A stretch of DNA of 64,000 nucleotides from Cyanidioschyzon merolae (lineage: Eukaryota), in assembly GCA_000091205.1 (NCBI GenBank), contig AP006499.2; one strand, given 5' to 3'. Shown piece after piece: positions 32,660-43,881 of the stretch. Below the pieces are notes generated by a model that was given only the letters and a program-made list of their open reading frames with translations, ran no database searches and was not told the DNA's origin. The translations under genes were made by a program, and so were the position numbers. Positions within the stretch are counted from its first letter, which is position 1, and every line of letters starts with the position of its first letter.

Positions 32660-35347
32660 ATGGACTGGAGACGGACGCTGCGACTCTCAACCTTGACACG
32701 AACGCTGCAGAAGCGGCTATCGCTCCGCGGGGCTACCGCCCGGCTGGCCGCGTGCTCAACTGCTGGACCGCTGTCTTCCGTTAGCCTCGACGCTGAGGCC
32801 TGGGCGAAACACATTCAACATCAAACGGGGGTCGCTGTGCGCTGCGGCTTCGGTCTGGACTTTGAAACAGGACGGCTGGCTCGACTCGCCACGGGATCGG
32901 TCACCGTTCACGCTGGCAGTACGCAAGTCCTCGTGGCGTGCGTTTTGGCCGCACATCGAGCACCAGCAAGCTTCGCCCAGCTCGATGCCCTGTTGCAACA
33001 GCAGCACACTGCGGGGCGGCTCTCGGAGTGGCAACGGACACAGGAGCTTTTGCAGACGTTGCATACGGCACCGTTGTGGGTGGATGTGCGCGAGCGTGCT
33101 TCCGCTCGAGGCCTTATTCCGACCTCCTATCATCGACGAGAAAGTGCTGCAACCGAAAAAGAGGTGATTACAGCTCGCCTCATCGATCGTGCACTACGCC
33201 CGACGCTGCCGCGAGGTTATTGTATAGAAACGCAACTCACTGCCGAAGTGCTCAGTGCCGACGGCCAACTGGACCCCGATACCCTGGCTCTGAATGGCGC
33301 CGCTATCGCGCTTCTCTTGGCCTTTCAGCGCTGCTTTCCGCAGCAGGTCATGCAGGCACAGACTCGACCACGCCTGGTAGCAGCAGTCCGTATCGCTCGA
33401 TTAGCTCAGACGAGCACCGCAGCGGACACGGTCGCTTTTCCTCCGTCCGAGTCGGCATCGATGACGCCTGCTCGCCCTCGCTGGATCATTCAGCCGAGCT
33501 ATGCGGAGCGACTGGCTAGTGACCTCGATTTGGTCTTTGCCGGCACCAGCGATGGCTGTTGTGTCGCACTTGAGGGCGAGGCGAAAGCCGTGCCTCCCGA
33601 AGATATTGCTGAAGCTTGCCGCCTGGCAAGCGCCGCGCTAGAACCCCTGCGACAGCAACAGGAAGCCCTGCTCCAGCAATGTCGACTGGCAGCGTCGATG
33701 CCAGGGGCAGGTGCTGGACCACCTGCCCTCTTCTGGGCGATGCCGCGTCCACAAGTCGTTGCCGAGGCGTTGCGCCACAGCGGCGAGCGTCTGGTATCGA
33801 TCTATGCACATGCTCCGGAAAAGACTGAGCGGGGTATCGCCGTCGCTCAGGAGAGCGCCCAAGCAGTCGCACACCTGCGCCAGCACGCGGCGTCTTTGCG
33901 GTCTGCACCTGCCACAGACGCATCGAGTGTATCGCCTGGTGTCGATGCTGTTGGCCCTGCCGAGGCTGCGCTGGCGGTGCTGGAGGCTTCGCGGGAGGCC
34001 TGGCGACAGGCCCTGCAGCGCCACCAGCACCGTGTCGACGGCAGGCTGCCACGTGAAATGCGTCCCATGGAGGCTCGCGTGCAAGTCCTGCCGTCCGATA
34101 CCTGCCATGGTTCAGCGCTCGTGAGCCGAGGCGAGACGCAGGTGCTCGCTGTAGCGACGCTGGGCTTCCCGTCGCTGGCAAAGCGCCTCGATGCCTACGG
34201 CGGCGGTGCCGACACCAAGCAGTTCTATGTTCATTACCAGTTTCCACCTTACTGCAACAATCAACTGGGTCGTGGGGATGCACTCTACCGGCGTCGTCGC
34301 CGCGAGGTCGGTCACGGTATCCTGGCCGAGCGTGCCGTGCGCTCAGTGCTACCCAGTGACCTCTGGCATGCGGTGCGTCTCGAGGCGGATGTGCTGGCCT
34401 CGGCTGGCTCCAGCTCCATGGCTGCTGCAGCGGCTGGCTCTCTGGCACTCATGGACGCTGGATTACCGCTCGCGGGTCCTGTCGCTGGGGTCAGTATTGG
34501 TGGGATTCTCGCCACCACGTCTGCGGGCTCGAGCGCAACGACGGAAGCGTACCTGCGGTCGCCATTCGCACAGGATGCAGAGCCCTGCGCGGACCTCTTC
34601 CTCGTGGACATACTCGGATTGGAGGACTTTTTCGGCGATTTTGACTGCAAGGTCGCGGGGACAGAGCAGGGGATCACCGCTTTGCAACTGGACGTGAAAC
34701 ATCAAGGTCTCACCTTGGAGCAAGTGGCGCGAGCCCTGGAAGAGGCTCACCGTGTCCACCATGTCCAGCTGGAGAAAGTCCTGCGTGTTGCGCTGCCCGC
34801 TGGAGCAGCGCGTCCTTTCCTGCCGCCCCAGGCACCGCGACGTGGCAGCTGGAATCTGTCTCTGGCGGATCGGGGACGTCTGCTGGGTGCTGGAGGTCAA
34901 CGTGTGCGGGAGCTCGAGCAGCACACCGGTTGCAGTATACAGCTGGAAGACGACGGAAGCATTTCCTTGTGGGCGCCGAACGCGCAAGTTCTGGAGCAGG
35001 CTCTCGAGATTCTGCAGCAGGTAACGCGCATTCCAGCCTGCGGAGACTCGTTCCATGGTCGAGTACTGCAAATCCTGGACTTTGGGGCTGTTATCGAGAT
35101 TCAGCCCAGTCCGAGTTCGTTCCGATTACAGGGCCTTTTGCATCGGTCGGCATTTGCGTCGGCCTTGGAATGGACCAGGGTTCAGGTTGGAGACGCTTTA
35201 GTGGTGCGGGTAACCCAAGTGGACCCACGGACCGGTTCTCTGCGGTTCGCCCAGGTTGCCCCCATGGATGGTAATGGTGTTCCGAACGGCACCAGTACGC
35301 TCGATGAGCGTCGCGATGCAGCATCTTCGGAAATGCCCCGCAACTAG
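32660..35347 (+). CDS. PNP: Polyribonucleotide nucleotidyltransferase (PNPase), organellar type, with an N-terminal targeting-like extension.
   Basis: Two RNase PH domains (including GRRRREVGHGILAERAVRSVLP and FFGDFDCKVAGTEQGITALQLDVKHQGL), a KH domain (GAGGQRVRELEQHTGCSIQLEDDGSISLW) and an S1 domain (GDSFHGRVLQILDFGAVIEI) occur in the canonical PNPase order over 895 aa. Confidence 0.9.
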   Translation: MDWRRTLRLSTLTRTLQKRLSLRGATARLAACSTAGPLSSVSLDAEAWAKHIQHQTGVAVRCGFGLDFETGRLARLATGSVTVHAGSTQVLVACVLAAHRAPASFAQLDALLQQQHTAGRLSEWQRTQELLQTLHTAPLWVDVRERASARGLIPTSYHRRESAATEKEVITARLIDRALRPTLPRGYCIETQLTAEVLSADGQLDPDTLALNGAAIALLLAFQRCFPQQVMQAQTRPRLVAAVRIARLAQTSTAADTVAFPPSESASMTPARPRWIIQPSYAERLASDLDLVFAGTSDGCCVALEGEAKAVPPEDIAEACRLASAALEPLRQQQEALLQQCRLAASMPGAGAGPPALFWAMPRPQVVAEALRHSGERLVSIYAHAPEKTERGIAVAQESAQAVAHLRQHAASLRSAPATDASSVSPGVDAVGPAEAALAVLEASREAWRQALQRHQHRVDGRLPREMRPMEARVQVLPSDTCHGSALVSRGETQVLAVATLGFPSLAKRLDAYGGGADTKQFYVHYQFPPYCNNQLGRGDALYRRRRREVGHGILAERAVRSVLPSDLWHAVRLEADVLASAGSSSMAAAAAGSLALMDAGLPLAGPVAGVSIGGILATTSAGSSATTEAYLRSPFAQDAEPCADLFLVDILGLEDFFGDFDCKVAGTEQGITALQLDVKHQGLTLEQVARALEEAHRVHHVQLEKVLRVALPAGAARPFLPPQAPRRGSWNLSLADRGRLLGAGGQRVRELEQHTGCSIQLEDDGSISLWAPNAQVLEQALEILQQVTRIPACGDSFHGRVLQILDFGAVIEIQPSPSSFRLQGLLHRSAFASALEWTRVQVGDALVVRVTQVDPRTGSLRFAQVAPMDGNGVPNGTSTLDERRDAASSEMPRN

Positions 35348-36264
35348 CAAGGGACAGACTTGACGCAGCGGCATGACGTGCATCACGAGAAGCTGGACCA
35401 GAATGACGTCGATCGTTCATCCAAATCCCCCAAAACGGTTGATGTCTCTTTCCAGTGATTCAGTAGAAACAAGTCAGTGTCGTTCATGGAACTTGAATAA
35501 ACGAGGGCGCGTCTGCTTGCCTGGACGGCAAGAAGCGCTGTGTCGCTGTTGGACGAGGCGGGCGTAAACCTCGACGGAACGCCAGCGCCTGGACAACCGA
35601 GTTCTTGCAATGCCGAGTCGCTCGCCGTGTTGCTGCCCAACGTTTCCGCGGCAGCTGAAATCTTCTCGCGCATTGAGCCCAGCGTATGCACGCTCCACTG
35701 CTATTTTGTCGACATGTGCTGCCGAACTGGGGCCTCTCGAGTTCGTGGATGCGAATACAGGTGTCCGAAAACGCCACACGAAAGACTCGCGGCTGCTACG
35801 CGCTGCGGAGTCTCGTCTGGCAGTCCACTTGCGTCAAGAGCTGCGCTTCACCGAGCGACGATGCGACGGCTGGTAGGTGCGCACTCGGAACGACCTCCAG
35901 AACCTTCGATGTTTTTCTCCAAACGAGACCATCCGATGTCGTATGCAGCAGGCAAGCACAGCGAGTCTGTTTATTGTTTGCTATCTCGAGTAGAAGCTGG
36001 GCGAGACAGAGGCACGCCAGAGGTACCCGCTTGTTCCCTTGCATGTGTTTGGCGAAAGATCACCTCCTGCATCCCTGCTTGCAGCGTCCAGTAAACCTCA
36101 TGGCCGCCACAACACGCTGAAGAACGTTCAGTACTTGGCGAGATGTAGCAGCAATAGCCTCGGGCGCGCTTCATTCGATGTATCGTGTCGCTTCGAGCAA
36201 ACAAGGACTTTGGTCTTGGTTCGCATGGCGCTGCGCTCTGTTTATGACGGATGTGCTCACCAGA

Positions 36265-36358
36265 GAGAGAGAGAGAGAGAGAGAGGAACCCCCGCCCTCG
36301 CCCTCGCCCTCGCCCTCGCCCTCGCCTTCGCCCTCGCCTTCGCCCTCGCCCTCGCCCC
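36265..36358. repeat. Compound microsatellite (GA)11 followed by about 11 units of (GCCCTC)n.
   Basis: Direct reading: GAGAGAGAGAGAGAGAGAGAGAGG...CCCTCGCCCTCGCCCTCGCCTTCGCCCTCG. Confidence 0.95.
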
Positions 36359-36488
36359 CAAAAAAACTACCTGTATACAGCCTGTTGCGGCAGCGTTCGA
36401 ACCCACGACCGTACGACATTTCGGGAGCAACCGCTGTCTTGGGGGCGCTCAGCTTGTGGATATTCTCAGCAGCCGAACGCTGGGTTTC

Positions 36489-36663
36489 TCAGGGCGTGTT
36501 TGCATTCGGGGAGGTCTCCGTCGCCGGTGGAGGCGGTACCCCTCGCCGTACCTGCGACCAGTCCACCTGGGTATCTTTCCCGAAGAAAGACTTGGCACCC
36601 TGACTAGACGGTGCCTTGCGAGGCGCTCGTTCGGAGGCAGGCACTGCACCAGCGTCAGCGTCA

Positions 36664-36696
<33 letters not shown>

Positions 36697-37937
36697 GGCG
36701 ATGGTACGCCTCGTCTGGAAAACTCCACTGCGGATGAATCCCCTGCCGCTGCAGCCATGCCTGCAAAAGGTCTCCGCCGGTGCCTCGACGAGGTGTCGTT
36801 ACTCGCCGAGGCCTTCACAGCGGACGGAGGCAGCCGTCCTCTGCGACTAAAGTCTAACGTTGTCGGCTCCGTGGAGGCGCCCTGCTTCGCCGCGTGCGTC
36901 GTGCTACTCGCTGGCGGCGGGTTCATGTGCGACGGCAGCTCTTGCGGTCGTCCTGGACGGGCGTCACGAGCACTGGGCTCCGTTCGAGTGTCTGCTGGAG
37001 CATCTGCAGGAAGTGTTGCCTCGGAACGCGTGCCCTCCGAGGCTGCCGGTGGCAGTCGACCACGCTTCCCAAAGTCGACCTCCACATCCGAGGGGATGAA
37101 CCCCCTAGAGGGCTGAGGTTCTGATGCTGACGCCTTTGCCTCTGCCGCAGGTGGCAACATGCCACGTTTGCGGAAATCAACGTCTACGTCCTCGACAGGC
37201 GACACCTGCGCACGAGTCGTTACCGCAGGCGGGAGTAGTCCGCGGCGTTCCAACGTTCCTTCGGCTGAGTCTGTCACCAACTGACCGAACATTTCTCGCC
37301 TCCTTTCGGGTTGGCGGCCACCAAAACTACCCAGACCTTTTTCGGCTGTCTCTAGTGCCGCGGGAGGCGCCAGGCCTCGCCGGGTAAAGTCCGGCTCTGG
37401 TGCCGCTTCGGCTTCAAGCGCCGGACCTGCTCCGTTCAAGCCAGCGGCCGCTGCTGGAGCGGGAAACCCCCGCGAGTGATCCGCATTTCGCAGCCAGTCG
37501 CGACCGCCTGCGTCTCCAACTGGGCCTCGAGGCGTCAGACCTCGTCGAGCTGCGCTCCAGTCCAGTTCGGGTTCAGCGTCGGCACCGCGGTTACCAGCAC
37601 CAAACGCTCGATCGGAAGCAGCACCGGCACCCGCGAATCCACTGTCGTCATCGTCGGCCCAGTCACAGGGTGCTTCACCGAAAGCCGATCGCATTCGAGC
37701 TCCGGGACCGCCGAAACGCTCCCAGCGGTCTCCGTAACCTCCGAACGACCCACCATAACGAGCTCCGAACCCTCGTTCGTCATCGGGTCCCCGACTCCGC
37801 GGCGCAGTCGGTAGCACGGCGAGTTCGGGATCCGCCGCTACAATGGGCCCCGACCCGGGCTGCTGACCACTGCCAGCAACAAACTCGCTGAGACTAACGG
37901 TCACCTTGTTCGACTTGCTGCTCTTTTTCTTGCCCAT
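36489..37937 (-). CDS. eIF4B-like translation initiation factor (plant-type, no RRM), glycine/arginine-rich with repeated D(F/W)xRRGxLPP motifs.
   Basis: The N-terminus MGKKKSSKSNKVTVSLSEFVAGSG...ELAVLPTAPRSRGPD parallels eIF4B N-termini (human KKKNKKGKTISLTDFLAEDGG...ILPTAPR; plant KKKKKMTLSEFTKG...LQLPTGPRQRS). It is followed by RGG/GYG-rich segments and five DFxRRGxLPP repeats. Confidence 0.5.
36655..36692. repeat. (GCT)12 microsatellite; (CAG)n on the coding strand of the eIF4B-like gene.
   Basis: Direct reading: CAGCTGCTGCTGCTGCTGCTGCTGCTGCTGCTGCC. Confidence 0.9.
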
Positions 37938-38099
37938 AGACGTCGCTGAGAAAAACGAAAACGCTCAACAGCAAGCGCCCGACGGTTGCCCGAGGGCCGG
38001 CGTCGTCGACCGCGCCCTGCACTGGACGCACGACAAGTGCCCCGTCTGCTTTTCGGGGCTAGGCAGCCGTTTTCCGCGTGAGTTCCATGGCAAAGTAGG

Positions 38100-39050
38100 C
38101 ATTGAGAGGCAACAGGTCTTTCAAAACGGGTGTACAGTCTACAAGTTAGATCGCTTTTCATGAAGTTGAACACAAGCGTTTGCGGGTTTTTTTCTGAGAC
38201 GGTTTCTGTTTCAAGTCTTCGAATATCTCTGGCTTTATCTGCGAAGGTGCCTCGTTTCCCTCGAGCTCTGTCGTCAGCGATGGAAAGTTGTTCAAGGCAG
38301 CGTTAAAGTCCCGATTTTGCGCTTTTGGCTGGTGTCGACGCAAACGATGCACTGATGGAAACAGCAATCTATACTGTGCTTGCCATGTTCATGGTGTCTC
38401 CTGACACCCTCGGTGCGCCTTTTGTTCCTGTGACCCTTGCCTGTGATAGGGTGTTCCGGTGTACGTCCACCGGACACCTTGTCCTTCGAGTGCCAGTCTG
38501 TGTTGCTTAAGAGGCAGAAACCGCTGGAAGCGTATCCCGCGAAGGGTAGCAAGCTGCTGTCGAATGCGGTTTCGTTGATGGTCTCGTAGGGAATTGGATT
38601 TGTCTTTCGAGAGGAATCGGCTTTTTTTACGAAAGAGAATTTGCGAATTTTGGGCATGAGCTTGTGAACAAGTCATTCAGGGGCGATTTCGAGTATCTTT
38701 TCTCCTGATCCATCCATCGGCGCGAATCCCTGCGCCCACGAGTCGCCTCGAAACGGAAACATCGGAAGCTTGAAGCGTACCGGCCTCGGACATGCTGCAT
38801 CTAAGCAAAAGGAGAAGAATGGAGGCTTGCACGTATGCGTTGTACAATGGTATCGGTTATTTCACGAAGCCTTGTCCGAGAGCGCCGCGAATCGTCTTGA
38901 TGCTCGCGGCGTGACGAATTCCTTCTGCAAAGCCTCGAATTACTCACCCCGAGACTACAACCACGGATCCTGAGACCATCTCTGAATCCCGACGCACGTA
39001 TTGCCGCACTTTGAATATCGAGGCTGCACATCTAAACCAGTTCGGAAATG
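38100..39050 (+). repeat. Copy (V) of the dispersed repeat family; the 3' part is well preserved and the 5' part degenerate.
   Basis: Block D reverse complement GGCATGAGCTTGTGAACAAGTC is at 38653-38680. Block E CGCGAATCGTCTTGAT is at 38886-38901. Block F ATTGCCGCACTTTGAATATC is at 39000-39019. Spacings match copies X and Z (D to F about 345 bp; E to F about 115 bp). Confidence 0.7.
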
Positions 39051-39701
39051 ACGAGAAAGTCGAGGGCAGAGCGAGCAATCCGGTGTTCCACCTCAATGCT
39101 GGACAGGTGCGGACTGAACCCGAGCTCGCATCGAAAGGTATGTATGTGGGACACGATGGACTGTTCACAGCGCGCCTCCTAATACGAGTGCCTCTAGATG
39201 AAATGGATCGTGAACAGGCAGCGAGAAGCGCTCGATTGGCACCTCCGATGTTTCGTTCTTTAGTTTTCATTTGAGACAGGTGCCAGTTCTATGCCGTTCA
39301 GTGCCTTGGTCTCGATGCGCGCTTGAGAGAGCTCTTGGGTCGTGCAGGGCGGCTCCTTCTGCGCAGCGTGTTTGAAAAGGAGACTTTTGTGCAATGCGCT
39401 CGATAGAAGCACTCGTCTATTGATCCGGTATCGCGAATATGGCACAGAAGCACCGCCAAAACGCCCGCAATGGAACCAGGGAGCACTGCAGCATGAATCG
39501 CGGCTGAATAAAAATTGCAGCTGCTTCCGCTTTGGCTGCGTTTGGGTGATGGAAAGCGAGATTGTCCAGGAACAGGACAGAGGAACGTCCAAAGTAGGAG
39601 CCAGGGCGTGCTGCGATGAAGGATGCGCTGGTGAACGATCGCATCCGTCTGGCGCTATCAAAGCGACAAGTTGATTCGGTCGCCGCAAGCGCTGATATTT
39701 T

Positions 39702-39732
39702 CGGAATGCTTGCTTGCTTGCTTGCTTGCTTG
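39702..39732. repeat. (GCTT)7 microsatellite.
   Basis: Direct reading: GCTTGCTTGCTTGCTTGCTTGCTTGCTT. Confidence 0.9.
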
Positions 39733-40533
39733 CTTCTACCAATCGCTGTTTACCCTTCGTTGAATACTCATATACAGGCCGGCCATATCACTCGAATCCA
39801 TTCGCATCGAGTGAGATGTACACCTGTGCCCCCTGTGGTAAGCGCTTGCGTCTCAGTGCGGAATCGATCGTTTGTTGCTGAACGCACGACGGTCTCCCAC
39901 AGAAATGTGCTCTCTCCCTTGTACGCGCATGTCTCGTTATCGTCATTCGTATCAAGCGTACGGAAACTTCACACCATATGGCTTGTTTCATAGGGTTTCG
40001 CAGCGAACATATGGACTGGAATAGACTGACACGAAGACACTAGTGTAAAATGCGTTTGATGAAAAGCGTTCTCGGTGCACAACGTTCAAAATATGGACTT
40101 GTAGAGAGGCGGTTCATCCACTTGCTGACCACAGATTGACTCACTTGCACATGCAAAGCCGATTTCGCAAGCCAGCAGTGGCTGCAGACACAGTCGGTCT
40201 GCGGTCCCGCACCAATGTACGGCGTACACTCTTTCTGTTGCATACCAGCGAGGAACGCAAACAGAAAAAACAAGTAGGACGTGCTGGCGCAGGCATCGCT
40301 GAATGCACCGCTCTGAGTAGAAGGCGTGCAGTGGATTCCCTGGTATGGTCTCAGAGCGTCCCGAAAATCTCTACTCATCTCCGAAGCGCGGGCCTTCGTT
40401 GCTACACACAGCATTCGGTACAATACAATGTAACAGAATTCGCAGCAGAAGCTGAACAAGTATCGATACGTGCGATAACTCGCTGACGAGCGCAGCAGCG
40501 CTCCAGACGCGCAAGCCTTGCCCAAGTAACTGT

Positions 40534-40582
40534 CTTATAGTCTGCCTGCCTGCCTGCCTGCCTGCCTGACTGACTGACTGAT
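40534..40582. repeat. Compound microsatellite (TGCC)6(TGAC)4.
   Basis: Direct reading: CTGCCTGCCTGCCTGCCTGCCTGCCTGACTGACTGACTGA. Confidence 0.9.
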
Positions 40583-40707
40583 TCCCATACCTAGGCGAAT
40601 GCCGGCTACCCAAGCAACGTACAGGCGACGCGGGAACCTGCCCTTAACGAATTCAAAAGCATTCCGGCGAATCGAAGATCCCGGTAGCATCAGCGAGCGC
40701 CGCAATT

Positions 40708-42759
40708 TCACTTGCCACTCCGCAGATGCGATCGGCCCGGACCCTTCCGCTCGTTTGAAGCTATTTTGAAGCCGAATGCGTTCATGGGGCCAGGCACTCG
40801 GAACAGCATCCGCAGCAGCTTAGGCTGTGACTGGGCCATGGAGCGCGCCCAAGCGCGAAAAGCCGTAATGTCGTCCTCTCCGCGGCGTGTAATCCACAGA
40901 CGGAGTTGATCCGCCCGAACAGCATTGTTCTTTGCCAGAGTATTCAGCAAGGTCTGATCGTGCTTCAGTCGCTCATAGAACCAGCTCAAAAGTCGTCTAT
41001 ATGGTTCGTTCGCTGCCTCCCGCGATTTCAGAGTCCCGCATTGCATTGAACCTGGCCGCTGAAACGCCGGCGGGTCCTGAGGTTGTTGCCCCAGCGACTC
41101 GTTCCCCGGTTTCACGCTCTTTTCGTCACAGGAACACGTGCTTATATCCTCGTCCGTGCGTGTGAACAGGTGCAACATAGAGAGGGCTTCGATCGCCTCT
41201 CCGAGGCGCGAGGCTTCGCCGAGCTGGATATCCGCAAAGCCAACATCCCGCGTTTCCATTTCCGCCCAGTCGCGGACGACGAGCTCATCGAGCTTCGTGC
41301 ACCGGGCAAAATACTCGCGAGCCAGTTCGTAGTTGCCGCAGTGGCGTTCAAGCGAGGCCATCGCGTGACAGAGATGACGATCACCGGGCGCAATTTCCAG
41401 ACCCTTCTGAAAGAGCATCCGCGCTTTGTCCAGTCTACCTTGGCGCCATTCCAGTTTCCCGAGCAAGTTGTACGCTGCTGGGGCGGTATGCGGGGACCCA
41501 TTCGACACTTCAATTGCTCGTTCGAAGAGCACGCGTGCCTCGTCAATGCGTCCGCGCTGCTGTTCGAGCATACCCCATGCGTGCAACGTTCGGGCATGAT
41601 TTGGATTCAAGGCAACTGCTCTTTCATAGCAGCAAATTGCTTCATCGTAGCGATGCTCGCGTTGCTCGAGGACACCCCAGGTTTGGTAAAGGCAGGCAAG
41701 CTCCTTGCACGTGGGATTGATTTGCTCTACAGAAGCAACACCCAGTTTGAAAAGCTCTCGGGCGCGCGTCACGCCCAAGCCCAGACTCGCTTCGAAGCGC
41801 ACCCAAGCTTGCCATGTAATCGGATCCCGCCCGTTCACTGCACGGGCGCTCAGCTCGAATAGTCGACGGACGAGCCTTGCTCCGGCACAATTGCTGGGCC
41901 GACGGCTCGAATCGGTCTCTGGACGCTTCTCGTTTTTGTGGAGCGGTACGAGTTTTTTGCTCACGGATGACATACTGCGTCGAAGCTCCTGTTGCTCGAG
42001 GAAACGCACTTCAGCAAGCGCCCAGGCATGGTAAAGCTTGCTAGCAGAGCACCATCGTCCAGCCTCTGCGTCCTTCTCGTTCCAGCCTTCAATATCGGGA
42101 ACAAATTCGGTTCCGATATAGTCTGCGAACGTATGCACCGGCACCGTACCGTTCTCGTCGACGGTGGATTCATTCCATACACCGCCCGCACGAATCAGGC
42201 CCCGTCGAAACACCGCCCGAGCCCGCGCTACGCCGTGCAGACGATGGAACACGCTTGACGCCCAAGTCAGGTCGTCTACCGCAGAGAGTTCCAGCTCTGC
42301 GGTTCCGTCGCGTCGCATGATATCTCCGCCAACAAGTCCGTTCTTCTCGTCGTCCGTGTATATTGTTGGCTCTGCTAGCGCCGCCTCAGCTTCACACTGA
42401 CCGAAACCAACCCATATGCGAGCATCGAAAGGGTGTTGCCAAACGAGCTCTTCGAACAGCTGCCGTGCTGCCTCAAACCGTCGTGTTTCTACATAATAAA
42501 AGGCCGTCCCGAACGTGCGCGGTGCCGGGTACACACAACTCGAGTTACGCCAGAGCCTTGGGCACCTAACTTCGTCCGCGACCTCTTCGCTAACTGTTAG
42601 GGTCGCGACTGCTGAAAACCTCCCGGGAGGCCGTCTAGAGATACCACTGCCTCGCCGCCACGCTCCCGTGCTGAACGCTTTGGGCGTACAGCGCGACACG
42701 GCAGTTACAGAGCAAAACCCCAAGTTTTTCTCTCCTATTATCCCATGAAAACTCGACAT
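40708..42759 (-). CDS. HAT/TPR (half-a-TPR) repeat RNA-processing protein, HCF107/Mbb1-like, with an N-terminal targeting-like extension.
   Basis: It carries at least 9 tandem about 34-aa repeats of the W..W..FE...G / A...Y.RA....P......W type. Examples are WQAWVRFEASLG and YQTWGVLEQREHRYDEAICCYERAVALNPNHARTLHAWGMLEQQRGRIDEARVLFERAIE. Confidence 0.7.
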   Translation of the reverse strand: MSSFHGIIGEKNLGFCSVTAVSRCTPKAFSTGAWRRGSGISRRPPGRFSAVATLTVSEEVADEVRCPRLWRNSSCVYPAPRTFGTAFYYVETRRFEAARQLFEELVWQHPFDARIWVGFGQCEAEAALAEPTIYTDDEKNGLVGGDIMRRDGTAELELSAVDDLTWASSVFHRLHGVARARAVFRRGLIRAGGVWNESTVDENGTVPVHTFADYIGTEFVPDIEGWNEKDAEAGRWCSASKLYHAWALAEVRFLEQQELRRSMSSVSKKLVPLHKNEKRPETDSSRRPSNCAGARLVRRLFELSARAVNGRDPITWQAWVRFEASLGLGVTRARELFKLGVASVEQINPTCKELACLYQTWGVLEQREHRYDEAICCYERAVALNPNHARTLHAWGMLEQQRGRIDEARVLFERAIEVSNGSPHTAPAAYNLLGKLEWRQGRLDKARMLFQKGLEIAPGDRHLCHAMASLERHCGNYELAREYFARCTKLDELVVRDWAEMETRDVGFADIQLGEASRLGEAIEALSMLHLFTRTDEDISTCSCDEKSVKPGNESLGQQPQDPPAFQRPGSMQCGTLKSREAANEPYRRLLSWFYERLKHDQTLLNTLAKNNAVRADQLRLWITRRGEDDITAFRAWARSMAQSQPKLLRMLFRVPGPMNAFGFKIASNERKGPGRSHLRSGK

Positions 42760-43014
42760 TCAACTGTTAGAAAGCCCTCAGACCAAGCGAACCGTAATAC
42801 CTCCGCGAACGTCACGTTTAGACGAACAGCGAAACAGAAATATCTAGACCTGTGCTCGTGATCACCAAATAACAACCGCCATCCGTCTCCGAGATTCGCA
42901 TGGAGTGGCCTCGCGCGCGCGTTTACCGCCTCGCTGCGAGCCGCCGCTGCGTGTATTTTTAGAGACAGTTAGGGAAGAAGATGTATAATATTGTGCCGAT
43001 GAGCTGTCCGCGGT

Positions 43015-43455
43015 GCATCGCGATCACTATGCCCATAAATGAATCTTTAGGCACGTATATGGAAGTATCTCTACTTCGTTGCCAGCATCCAAGGGTACCG
43101 GGCGCATCGCGATCATGATGCCCATAAACGAACCTTTAGGCACGTATATGGAAGTGTCTCTACTTCGTTGCCAGCATCCAAGGGTACCGGGCGCATCGCG
43201 ATCATGATGCCCATAAACGAACCTTTAGGCACGTATATGGAAGTATCTCTACTTTGTTGTCAGCATCCAAGCGTACCGGGCGCATCGCGATCATGATGCC
43301 CATAAATGAACCTTTAGGAACCTTTAGCCAAGTATCTCTACTTCGTTGTCGGCATCCAAGCGTACCGGGCGCATCGCGATCATGATGCCCATAAATGAAC
43401 CTTTAGGAACCTTTAGCGAAGTATCTCTACTTCGTTGTCAGCATCGAAAGGTGCC
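43015..43455. repeat. Minisatellite, about 88-90-bp unit x about 5. The last two units are variants.
   Basis: Repeated unit: GCATCGCGATCATGATGCCCATAAACGAACCTTTAGGCACGTATATGGAAGTATCTCTACTTCGTTGCCAGCATCCAAGGGTACCGGGC. Confidence 0.9.
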
Positions 43456-43881
43456 GGGCGCTTTTCTCGTTTGGCGCGCATCTACGTGCGCTTTTGTCGA
43501 GAGCTGCGTGCACCAACGAACTGCGCACACCTGGTTGGTGTGCAGCTACGCTGCATGTTCCTCGGGGGCAAACTGTGAAGGCGTACCAACGTCAACGCAC
43601 TTGAGAGCAGGGCGTCTCGGTCTCAGTCTCCGAAGCGCACAGGCAAGCGTTTGCCGCTTCGAAGCAGCAGGGCGACGCTCGCTCGTGCCGCCCCAGCCGT
43701 GACGGCTTGTCGCTCGCACCGGACGGCTCGTGCGAATAGAGGCCGCCAGCTGCTACAGCACCCTCACTGTATTCCAAAATCTCGTTGTGTAGGTCTACAA
43801 TTCAGACGCTGAGACCGGTGCTGGTGGCGAGCAACGGTCTCAGAACCGTCACCACTTGCAAGCGACCCTGAGCATCCGACT

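Noticed and set aside
36039-36737. 232-aa ORF and neighbouring ORFs rich in PSPS or ALAL repeats.
   Set aside because: They arise from the (GA)n/(GCCCTC)n and (GCT)n microsatellites and overlap the eIF4B-like gene's 3' region on the other strand.
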